Positions 41,616 to 50,600 of a stretch of DNA of 64,000 bases are shown here, in pieces (the first letter of the stretch is position 1; every line of letters starts with the position of its first letter). The translations under genes were made by a program, and so were the position numbers. Origin of the DNA: Candidatus Zixiibacteriota bacterium (GTDB lineage: Bacteria > RBG-13-66-14 > B26-G2 > WVWN01). The DNA is taken from contig JASFLY010000001.1 in assembly GCA_050117845.1 (NCBI GenBank), positions 160,001 through 224,000 on the forward strand. Direction: 5' to 3'. The notes beneath the pieces are model-generated. The model was not told the DNA's origin and did no database searches. It was given only the letters and a program-made list of their open reading frames with translations.

Positions 41616-42647
41616 TCAAATCGCCGCCCACTCCTCCTCGAAGCGGGCGCGCAACGCGGCCTTCTCCTCTTCCGGTAAAAACGACGCCGCGACGCCGTTC
41701 AGACTCAGCGTCTTCAATTCCTCCCGGGTGAACCCCAGCTCCCGGGCCAGGACGGCGTACTCGTTCGCCGGCGAGCTGTGGAACATCGTCGGGTCGTCCG
41801 AGTTGACGGTCACCATGACGCCCCGGTCGAACAGCTCCCGTACGGGGTGCTGGGCCGCGGCCTCGTACACGCCCGTCATCACGTTGCTGACGACGCAGAC
41901 CTCGAGCGGGACGCCCCGCCCCGCCAGCTCGTCCACCAGCGCCGCGTCCTCCACCGCCCGGACGCCGTGCCCTATGCGCTCGAGCTGGAGCTCGTCCAGC
42001 GCGGAGCGGACGGACTCCGGCCCCAGCGCCTCGCCGGCGTGCGCGGTGAGGCGGAAGCCCAACCGCCGGGCCTCCCGGTAGACGTCGACGTAGGTCGAGG
42101 CCGGGCAGTACTGCTCGTTGCCCCCCATGCCCACGCCGACGACGCCCCGGCCCAGGTACGGCGCGGCCTCCTCCACCCGCCGCGCGGCGGCCTCCTCGCC
42201 GGCGCTCCAGAAGAGGTCGACGATGAGGCCCCAGGTGACGCCGAAGTCGCGTTCGCCCCGCGCTAAACCCTCGATTACGGCCTCGGTGACGCCGGCCGTG
42301 GTGAAGCCCCGGTCGGCGAAGTCCCCCGGCGAGTAGTGCATCTCGACGTGCCGGACGTTATCGGCGGCCAGGTCACGCAGGACCTCGTAGGCCATCGTCC
42401 GGAAGTCGTCCTCCTCGGCGACGAAGCCGTTCTTCCACACCCAGGCGTTGAGGAAACCCTGGAAGTTCGGGTAGGTCAGCGCGGCCCGCAGGTCGTCGAC
42501 GTTGCGGATGCCGGGTTCCGTCCCGGCCCGCCGTATGAGGCCGAACAGCGTATCGAGCGGGATCGCGCCCTCCAGGTGGAGGTGCAACTCGGCCTTGGGG
42601 ATCTTCCGGGCGAACGCTATAAGCTTATCTCGGGAACCGTGTGCCAT
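41616..42647 (-). CDS. add: Adenosine/adenine deaminase
   Basis: KAELHLHLEG, HAGE, RIGHG and NSDDP. Confidence 0.92.
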   Translation of the reverse strand: MAHGSRDKLIAFARKIPKAELHLHLEGAIPLDTLFGLIRRAGTEPGIRNVDDLRAALTYPNFQGFLNAWVWKNGFVAEEDDFRTMAYEVLRDLAADNVRHVEMHYSPGDFADRGFTTAGVTEAVIEGLARGERDFGVTWGLIVDLFWSAGEEAAARRVEEAAPYLGRGVVGVGMGGNEQYCPASTYVDVYREARRLGFRLTAHAGEALGPESVRSALDELQLERIGHGVRAVEDAALVDELAGRGVPLEVCVVSNVMTGVYEAAAQHPVRELFDRGVMVTVNSDDPTMFHSSPANEYAVLARELGFTREELKTLSLNGVAASFLPEEEKAALRARFEEEWAAI

Positions 42648-42900
42648 AAGCAACCTCGTCGTGCGGTGATACTACCGTAATAAAAAACCGGCCGACGGGC
42701 AAGCGCTTTCCCGTATTGGCGCATACGAAAAACCGGCCGCGGGGGCCGGGGGTTATTATTCGGCGTCTACCATTCGCGCTATCGGACAGGGGGCTTAAGC
42801 CCCCTGTTAAAACGCCGCCCAGTTAGGCGGATTAATCATTACCTTTCATATTCCCGGGGCCGACTTTCAGGTCGGCCAGCCGGCTCCGCCTACGGCGTAT

Positions 42901-43120
42901 GGCAACGTCTTCCGCCACGCGGGGATGTAGGGCCTGACCTTAGGTCCGGCCACATAATTCTCCGTATAAAAGTAGGGCCTGACCTTCAGGTCTGGCCGCA
43001 TAAATCTCTTATTAATAAGAGATTTTTCGTGGCCGCATCTAAAGATACGGCCCTACTTCAACTACTACCGCGGCCGCGCCTGAAGGTGAAATCCCGTGGC
43101 ATCGGCATTCTTATCGGTGA
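42901..43120 (+). repeat. ~220-bp direct repeat (REP-like cluster), copy 2
   Basis: See 41362-41582. Confidence 0.9.
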
Positions 43121-43181
43121 CCCTAAGGTGGAGCCCCCTGTTAAAACGCCGGCCTCGGAGGCCGGCGCAGGACTGATTCCG

Positions 43182-44486
43182 CTACAACAGCTTCCGCTCC
43201 CGGGCGGCCTTCTCCAGCTCCTCGCGGAAGGCGGGGTGCGCTATCTTTATCATCTCCCGGGCGCGCTCCTGCAGCGAGCGGCCGTGCAGCGACGCCGCGC
43301 CGTACTCCGTCACGACGTAGTGCACGTCGGCCCGGTTGGTCACGACGCCGGCGCCGGGGCGGAGCTTGTCCACGATGCGCGAGATGGTGTCTTCCTTGGT
43401 GGTGGCGGGCAGCGCGATGACGGGCTTGCCGCCCTTGGAGTAGGCCGCGCCGCGGATGAAGTCCACCTGGCCGCCGAAGCCGGAGTAGATCCGCGTGCCG
43501 ATGGAGTCGGAGCAGACCTGCCCCGTGATGTCGACCTCGATGGCCGAGTTCATCGCCACCTGCTTCTCGTTCTGCGCGATGATGAACGGGTCGTTGACGT
43601 AGTAGGTGGGGTGGAACTCGAAGACGGGGTTGTTGTCGATGTACTCGTTGAGGCGGCGGCTGCCCAGCACGAAGCCGGCGATGACCTTGCCGCGGTGGAG
43701 CGTCTTCCGGGCGTTGGTCACGATGCCGCCGTCGATGAGGTCCATGACGCCGTCGGAGAACATCTCGGTGTGGACGCCCAGGTCCTTGTGGTTGCCCAGG
43801 GACGCCAGGACCGCGTCCGGGATTTCGCCGATGCCCATCTGTACCGTGGAGCCGTCCTCGATGAGTTCGGCGATGAAGCCGCCTATCTTCATCGACTTCT
43901 CGGAGACGTACCCCGCGCCGGGCATCTCCTTGAGCGGCTCGTCTATCTCGACGATGTGGGTCAGCTTGCGGACGTGGATGAACGAGTCGCCCAACGCCCG
44001 CGGCATCTGCGGATTTATCTGCGCGATGACGTATTGGGCCTTCTCCGCCGCGGGCTTGGTGACGTCGATGCCGACGCCGAAGGAGCAGAAGCCGTGCTCG
44101 TCCGGCGGCGAGACGTTGCACAGCACGACGTCCACGTCGTAGAATCCCTCCAGCATCAGGTTGCCTATCTCGTAGAGGTATATGGGGATGTACTCCGCGC
44201 GGCCGTCGTTCACGGCCTGGCGGGCGTTCCCCCCGGTGAAGTAGGCCATGTGCCGGAAGTGGGGCGCCATCTCGGGGGCCATGTAGGGCGCGGGGCCGAA
44301 GGTCAACAGGTGCCACACCCGCACGTCCTCCAGCTCTTCCGCCCGGGCGGTCATCGCCTCCACGAGGGAAATGGGTTCGGCGCACCCCGGATGGATGTGC
44401 ACGTTGTCGCCGGACTTTATAACCTTGACCGCCTCTTCGGCGGTGGTCAATTTCGATTTGTAGGACTCGAGCCAACTCATTCCCAT
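43182..44486 (-). CDS. Acetyl-CoA hydrolase/transferase family (4-hydroxybutyrate CoA-transferase-like)
   Basis: QMGIGEIPDA, HTEM, GFGGQVDF and VVTEYG. Confidence 0.92.
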   Translation of the reverse strand: MGMSWLESYKSKLTTAEEAVKVIKSGDNVHIHPGCAEPISLVEAMTARAEELEDVRVWHLLTFGPAPYMAPEMAPHFRHMAYFTGGNARQAVNDGRAEYIPIYLYEIGNLMLEGFYDVDVVLCNVSPPDEHGFCSFGVGIDVTKPAAEKAQYVIAQINPQMPRALGDSFIHVRKLTHIVEIDEPLKEMPGAGYVSEKSMKIGGFIAELIEDGSTVQMGIGEIPDAVLASLGNHKDLGVHTEMFSDGVMDLIDGGIVTNARKTLHRGKVIAGFVLGSRRLNEYIDNNPVFEFHPTYYVNDPFIIAQNEKQVAMNSAIEVDITGQVCSDSIGTRIYSGFGGQVDFIRGAAYSKGGKPVIALPATTKEDTISRIVDKLRPGAGVVTNRADVHYVVTEYGAASLHGRSLQERAREMIKIAHPAFREELEKAARERKLL

Positions 44487-44517
44487 AACGTGTACTCCAA
44501 ACCAGGGGTCCGGCGTG

Positions 44518-45636
44518 CTACCGGCCCAGAACCTCGTCGATAGCTACGTAATCCAGATTGAACAATTCGCAAAGGCGGCGGTGCGTGCATACGCCCCCGT
44601 GGAAGTATACGCCCCGCCGCAGGCCCCGGCACTGCGCCCCGGCCTGGGCCACGCCCAGTTCCGCCACACCCGCCAGGAAAGGCATCAGGTTGCTGTTGAG
44701 CGCGTACGAGCAGGTCCGTGGGACCGCCGACGCGATATTGGGCACGGCGTAATGTGTCACGTGGTACTTCTCGTAGGCCGGGTCGATGTGGGTGGTGGGG
44801 TGGCTGGTCTCGACGCAGCCGCCCTGGTCGATGGCGATGTCCATGATGACCGTGCCCGGCTTCATCGACCGCACCATGTCCTCGGTGACTATCATCGGCG
44901 GCTTGTCGCCGTGGACGTACGCCGCGGTGATGAAGACGTCGGTGAAGGTGCACGCCCGCTCCAAGTTGAGGCGCTCCGCCATATGGGTCACGACCGCCGG
45001 GGCGACGCCTTCGGCCCGGCGTAGGTTGCGGACCGATATGTCGAAGAGGTGGGTCTGGACGCCCAGGCCGGTGAAGGCCTTGGCCGCCGTGGTCCCGACG
45101 TTCCCCGCGCCGACGATGGCCGCCGAGGCAGCCGGTATGCCGGGGAGGTTGGCCAGCGCCACGCCCCGGCCGCCCTGATAATGGGAGAGGTAATGGGCCG
45201 CGATGCCGGGGAGCATGTGGCCCACCAGCTCCGAGATGGCCTTCATGACCGGGAACTCGCCCACCTCGTCCTCCAGTATCTCGTAGCTGATGGCGATGAG
45301 CTTCTTGGCCATCATGGCCTCGATGGCCTCCGCCACCTGGGCGCCGAGCTGGAGCGCGCTGAAGACGATGGTCCCCTCGTCCATGAGGGCTATCTCGTCG
45401 GCGAGCGGAGGCTGGACCTTGGCCACTATCTCCGCCCGGCCGTAGACCTCCTGCGGCGAGAACACGACCGTGGCGCCGACGCGCTCGTAATCCTCGTCGG
45501 TGAAGCCGGCGTCCGCCCCGGCCTCCGTTTCCACGAAGACCCGGTGGCCGTCGCGCTTGAGCGAGTGCGCGCCCATCGGCGTTACGACGACGCGCGTTTC
45601 GGCGGTAACCTGCTCTTTGGGAATGCCGATATCCAT
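44518..45636 (-). CDS. Alanine dehydrogenase-like protein (AlaDH/PNT family), non-canonical active site
   Basis: IGIPKE, GAGNVG, DIAIDQGGCVETS and YAVPNI. GGAGG RBS before ATG 45636. KVQPP and SALQL replace KVKEP and YLHLA. Confidence 0.85.
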   Translation of the reverse strand: MDIGIPKEQVTAETRVVVTPMGAHSLKRDGHRVFVETEAGADAGFTDEDYERVGATVVFSPQEVYGRAEIVAKVQPPLADEIALMDEGTIVFSALQLGAQVAEAIEAMMAKKLIAISYEILEDEVGEFPVMKAISELVGHMLPGIAAHYLSHYQGGRGVALANLPGIPAASAAIVGAGNVGTTAAKAFTGLGVQTHLFDISVRNLRRAEGVAPAVVTHMAERLNLERACTFTDVFITAAYVHGDKPPMIVTEDMVRSMKPGTVIMDIAIDQGGCVETSHPTTHIDPAYEKYHVTHYAVPNIASAVPRTCSYALNSNLMPFLAGVAELGVAQAGAQCRGLRRGVYFHGGVCTHRRLCELFNLDYVAIDEVLGR

Positions 45637-45785
45637 AGCGTTAATCCTCCCGGAGCTGAGTTCCGGCGGCTTGGTATCCGATTCACTCACTTTATACTAT
45701 GTCGGCCGGATTCGGTCAACACTTATTATAATAACAAACCCGGCGAGCCAAGGAAATTTAATGTCGCCTTACAGAAACGCGGACT

Positions 45786-45830
45786 TTGTGTCGGATTTCA
45801 CTTGACACCCGAACGTGGATATCATACATT
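45786..45830 (+). promoter_or_regulatory. Sigma70-type promoter of the hdr-flx cluster with an overlapping Rex/CRP-like operator
   Basis: TTGACA (45802-45807), 17 nt, TACATT (45825-45830). TTGTGtcggatTTCACtt at 45786-45803. Confidence 0.55.
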
Positions 45831-45937
45831 TGACAAGCGTTTCGGCCCCAAAGACCGGGCGCTGGCCGACGCGACGGCCCAAGTTCGCGCGTGTCCTTTA
45901 CAACGGCTCCTTGCCCGAGCGTATCGCCGCTCGCTAG

Positions 45938-45969
45938 GCCCATACCCCTCCGGGGGCGTGGGCTTTTTT
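45938..45969 (+). terminator. Intrinsic terminator inside the hdrC leader (attenuator candidate)
   Basis: GCCCATACCCC-TCCG-GGGGCGTGGGC followed by T6, ending 26 nt before the hdrC ATG. Confidence 0.7.
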
Positions 45970-45995
45970 ATCCCTCCCGCCGAAAGTTGCGAACG

Positions 45996-46460
45996 ATGAC
46001 CATAGTTAAAATCGATCCCAACTTCAAGCACGAGATCGCCGCGGAGCCCGGCGGCGAGGCGCTCAGGTACTGCTTCGCCTGCGGGACCTGCACGGCGGCC
46101 TGCCCGGTCCGCGCCGTAGACGAACGCTACAACCCCCGCAAAATTATCCGGATGATACTCCTCGGCCTGCGCGAGCGTGTCCTCGAGGCCGACTTCATCT
46201 GGCTGTGTTCCACCTGCTACTCCTGCGAGGAGCGCTGTCCGCAGGGCGTCTCCTTCGCCGAAATAATCACCGCCGTCAAGAACGTCGCCGCCCGGGAGGG
46301 CAAGCTGCACCCCGCGTACGTGACCCAGCTCGACCTCCTGAAACGGTTCGGCCGCCTCTACGAACTCGAGGACTTCGACAACAAGAAGCGCTCCAAGATG
46401 GGCCTGGCCGAACTCAAGACCACCTGCGACGAAGTCGGCACGCTACTCGAAGAAGCGTAA
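45996..46460 (+). CDS. hdrC: Heterodisulfide reductase subunit C
   Basis: CFACGTCTAACP and IWLCSTCYSCEERCP. Confidence 0.93.
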   Translation: MTIVKIDPNFKHEIAAEPGGEALRYCFACGTCTAACPVRAVDERYNPRKIIRMILLGLRERVLEADFIWLCSTCYSCEERCPQGVSFAEIITAVKNVAAREGKLHPAYVTQLDLLKRFGRLYELEDFDNKKRSKMGLAELKTTCDEVGTLLEEA

Positions 46461-46471
46461 CCTAAAAACTT

Positions 46472-47359
46472 ATGGACGATAAGTACTCTCTTTTTCTGGG
46501 ATGTACTATCCCGTTGCGCGGCCGCCAGTACGAGAAGTCGGCCGTGGAGATAGGCCGGCTCTTCGGCGCCGAGCTCGAGCCGCTGCAGGACTTCGCCTGC
46601 TGCGGCTTCCCCATCAAGTCCGCCACTCGGGAGGGGGCGCTGCTCATGGCCGCCCGGAACCTGGCCGTGGCGGAGGAGGCCGGCCGGGAGGTCCTGGCGC
46701 TCTGCTCGAGCTGCGCGTCGGTCCTGGCCGAGGCGGCCGAGGAACTGACCGACGACGAGGAACTCCGAGGCCGCGTCAACGAGAAGCTGGCCAAGGTAGG
46801 CCGCAAGGTCGAGAAGCCTCCCCGCGTCCGCCACGTCGCCCGCTGGCTCTACGACGAGGTGGGCCCCGAGGCGTTGGCCGAGAAGGTGGTGTCGCCGCTC
46901 GGCGATTTCCGCTTCGCCGTCCACTACGGCTGCCACTACCTCAAACCCTCCTGGGCCTTCCACGGCGCCGAGGACCCCGAGGCCCCCCACTCCATCGGCG
47001 AGCTGCTGCGCGCTGCGGGCGCCGAGGTCGTCGATTACGCCGAGTACAAGAAGTGCTGCGGCGGCGCGCTCCTCGGCATCGACGCGGACGTGTCGCTCGC
47101 CATCGCCGGCGAGAAGCTGACGCGCGTCAAGGCCGCCGGGGCCGACGCCGTCGTCCTGGTCTGCCCCTTCTGCGCCGTCATGTACGACGACAACCAGAAG
47201 AAGGTGGCGGCCCAGCTCGAGGCCGAACTGGACGTCCCGGTCCTCTTTTTAACGCAGGTCCTGGGCCTGGCGCTCGGCTTCTCGGCCAAGGACGTGGGCC
47301 TCAAACTCGCGAAGAACAAATGTGAGAAATTGATAGCGGCGTTCGCGGAACCGAAATAG
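46472..47359 (+). CDS. hdrB: Heterodisulfide reductase subunit B
   Basis: Two complete CCG motifs: GC..CCG..CSSC and HYGCH..CCG..CPFC. Confidence 0.93.
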   Translation: MDDKYSLFLGCTIPLRGRQYEKSAVEIGRLFGAELEPLQDFACCGFPIKSATREGALLMAARNLAVAEEAGREVLALCSSCASVLAEAAEELTDDEELRGRVNEKLAKVGRKVEKPPRVRHVARWLYDEVGPEALAEKVVSPLGDFRFAVHYGCHYLKPSWAFHGAEDPEAPHSIGELLRAAGAEVVDYAEYKKCCGGALLGIDADVSLAIAGEKLTRVKAAGADAVVLVCPFCAVMYDDNQKKVAAQLEAELDVPVLFLTQVLGLALGFSAKDVGLKLAKNKCEKLIAAFAEPK

Positions 47360-47377
47360 GCCGCCGGCCGTCGCCAC

Positions 47378-47688
47378 ATGATTTAGGAAAATAATTGGGG
47401 GGATTTAAGGTTCAGGAGGGACTACCCGGCGATAAGGTCGGCGTTTTTACCATGATTTCGGAAAATAATGGGGAAATCGAGCGTTTACGAGGAATTATCG
47501 GGCAATCGGGTCGAAATCGCCCTTATGATTTCGGAAAATAATCGGAAGGATTCAAGGGTTTGCGAGGAATTATCGGGCAATAGCGTCGGAATCGCCCACA
47601 TGATTTCGGAAAATAATCGGAAGAATTAAGTATTACAAGGGATTATCCGGCAATAACGTCGAAATTCCTTTAATGATTTCGGAAAATA
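47378..47688. repeat. AT-rich tandem array, ~74-bp period, core ATGATTTCGGAAAATA x5
   Basis: Cores start at 47378, 47452, 47525, 47600 and 47673. Confidence 0.92.
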
Positions 47689-47692
47689 CGTA

Positions 47693-50600
47693 ATGGCCGA
47701 TAAAGCTAAATGTAAAGACGTAGTGGGCGCCGCGATGGTGGTGGGCGGCGGCGTGGCCGGCGTGCAGGCCGCGCTCGACCTCGCCAACGCCGGCGTCAAG
47801 GTCTACCTCGTCGAGAAGGGCGCCGCCATCGGCGGCACCATGGCCCAGCTCGACAAGACCTTCCCCACCAACGACTGCTCCATGTGCATCCTGGCGCCCA
47901 AGCTGGTCGAGGCCGGCCGCCACGAGAACGTCGAGATCCTGACGCTCTCCGAACTGGAGGCGCTGGAGGGCGAGGCCGGCAACTTCACCGCCCGGGTCCG
48001 GCGCCACGCCCGCTACGTCGACCTCGACGCCTGCACCGGCTGCACCGACTGCGCCGGCGTCTGCCCGGTGGAATACCCGGACGAGTACGAGGTGGGGTTG
48101 GTGGAGCGCCGGGCCGTGTACCGCCCTTACGCCCAGGCCATCCCCAACTGCTTCGCCATCACCAAGCGCGGCAAGGCCCCCTGCCGGAGCGCCTGCCCCA
48201 TCGACCAGGCCGCGCAGGGATACGTCGCCCTCATCGCCGAGGGCAAGTTCCGCGAGGCGCTCGCGCTCATCCGCCGGCAGAACCCGCTGCCGGGCGTCTG
48301 CGGCCGCGTCTGCCACCACCCCTGCGAGGCGGACTGCTTCCGCGGCGAGTTGGACGCTCCCGTATCCATCCGCTCCCTCAAGCGCTTCGCCGCCGACTGG
48401 GAGGCCGCGAACGAACCGGATTACTCCTACGTAGACGAATATGACATAGAAAAGAAGGACGAGCGCGTGGCCGTCGTGGGCGCGGGGCCCGCGGGCCTCA
48501 CCTGCGCCTCCGACCTGGCGCTCGCCGGTTACGAGGTCCACGTCTTCGAGGCCCTGCCCACCGCCGGCGGCATGTTGCGCGTCGGCATCCCGAGCTACCG
48601 TCTGCCGGACGACGTGCTGGACCGGGACGTCGGCTTCCTGGTCAAGCTCGGCGTCCAGTTCCACTACAACGCCGAACTCGGCAAGACCTTCGCGCTGGAC
48701 GATTTGTTCGAGGACGGCTACAAGGCCGCGTTCGTCGGCGTCGGCGCCCACGAGAGCCTCAAGCTCCGCTGTACCGGCGAGGAACTGGAGGGCGTCGTCG
48801 GCGCGGTCGAGTTCCTGCGCGAGTTCAACCTGGAAGGTAAGGTGCCAGTCGGCAAGAAAGTCGCGGTCATCGGCGGCGGCAACGCCGCCATCGACGCCGC
48901 CCGCACGACGGCGCGCCTCGGCGCGGACGTCACCATATTCTACCGCCGCACCCGCAAGGAAATGCCGGCGGACGAACTCGAAATCACCGAGGCGCTGCGC
49001 GAGGGCGTGAAGCTCGAGCTACTCGCCGCGCCGGAAGAGATACTTGGCAAAGAAGGCCGCGTCGTCGGCATGAAGGTCCAGCGGATGGAGCTGGGCGAGC
49101 CGGACGAGAGCGGCCGGCGCCGCCCCGTCCCCATCGAGGGCGACACGTACGACGTCGAACTGGATATGGTCATCCCGGCCATCAGCCAGGCGCCGGTGGT
49201 CGAGCACCTCGACGCCGACGAGGCCATCTGCCTCACCAAGTGGCGGACCGTCGAGGTCGACGAGAAGACCGGCATGACCGGCCGCGCGGGCGTCTTCGCC
49301 GGCGGCGACGCCGTCACGGGGCCGGGGATGGTCACCGAGGCCATGCAGCAAGGCCGCCGGGCCGCCCGCGGCATCATCGACTACCTTAAAGGCGGCGAGT
49401 ACCCGGTGCCGGAGCCGACGGGCCTCCCGACCGTCGAATCCGACGAGGTTCCCAAGGATAAGGCCGACCCCGCACCCCGCGCCGAGATGGCCGAACTCCC
49501 GCCCGACAAGCGCGCGGGCAACTTCGACGAGGTCGAGTTGGGCCTGACGGAGGAGCAGGCCGTCGCGGAGGCGAAGCGTTGCCTCTCCTGTGGCCTGTGC
49601 TCCGAGTGTCTGGAGTGCGTCACGGCCTGCAAGCCCGACGCCATCCGCCACTTCGACGTGGAACGCGTGGAGGAAATTCCCGTCGGCGCGGTCGTCCTGG
49701 CGGCCGGCTTCGAGGAGTTCGACGCCACTCTCAAGAGCGAGTACGGTTACGGCCGCGTCCCGGACGTCGTAACGTCCATCGAGTTCGAGCGTCTGCTGTC
49801 GGCCTCGGGGCCCTTCGGCGGCCACTTAAAGCGGCCGAGCGACGGCGTGGACCCGGTCAAGGTGGCCTGGCTGCAGTGCGTCGGCTCCCGCGACACCAGC
49901 GTGGACCGCGGCTACTGCTCGTCGGTGTGCTGTATGTACGCCACCAAGCAGGCCGTCATCGCCCGCGAGCACGACCACAACGTCGAGCCGACCATCTTCT
50001 TCATGGACATGCGCTCCTTCGGCAAGGAGTTCGACCGCTACATCGACCGCGCCGAGAGCGAGTACGGCGTCCGCTTCGTCCGCTCCCGCGTGGACAGCGT
50101 CGAGCGCGAGGACGGCAAGCTTATATTGAAATATGAGGACGAGGCCGGCGCGTTCTTCCGCGAGGAGTTCGACCTGGTCGTCCTCTCGGTGGGCCTGGAC
50201 GTCGACCCGGACACCCGGGCGTTACTCTCGCGTCTCGACGTTGACGCCGACCGGTACGGCTTCGTGGCCGCGCCGCCCTTCCGCCCCACGGACACGTCGC
50301 GGCCGGGCGTATTCGCCGCCGGCGCCGTGGCCGGCCCCAAGGACATCCCGGAATCGGTAACGCAGGCCTCGGCCGCCGCGGCGCAGGCCTCCGCCACCGT
50401 CGCGCCGGCCCGCTGGACGGCGACCACTGAAGCCCAGTTCCCGGCCGAGCGCGACATCAAGGGCGAGCCGCCGCGCGTGGGCGTCTTCATCTGCCACTGC
50501 GGCATCAACATCGGCGGTACGGTCGACGTGCCGGCCGTGGTGGACTACGCCGAGACGCTGCCCTGGGTCGCCTACACCGAGCGCAACCTCTTCACCTGCT

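Noticed and set aside
47378..47688. CRISPR array
   Set aside because: The conserved core is only 16-18 bp, the spacers resemble each other, and no cas genes are present. It is a degenerate tandem repeat.
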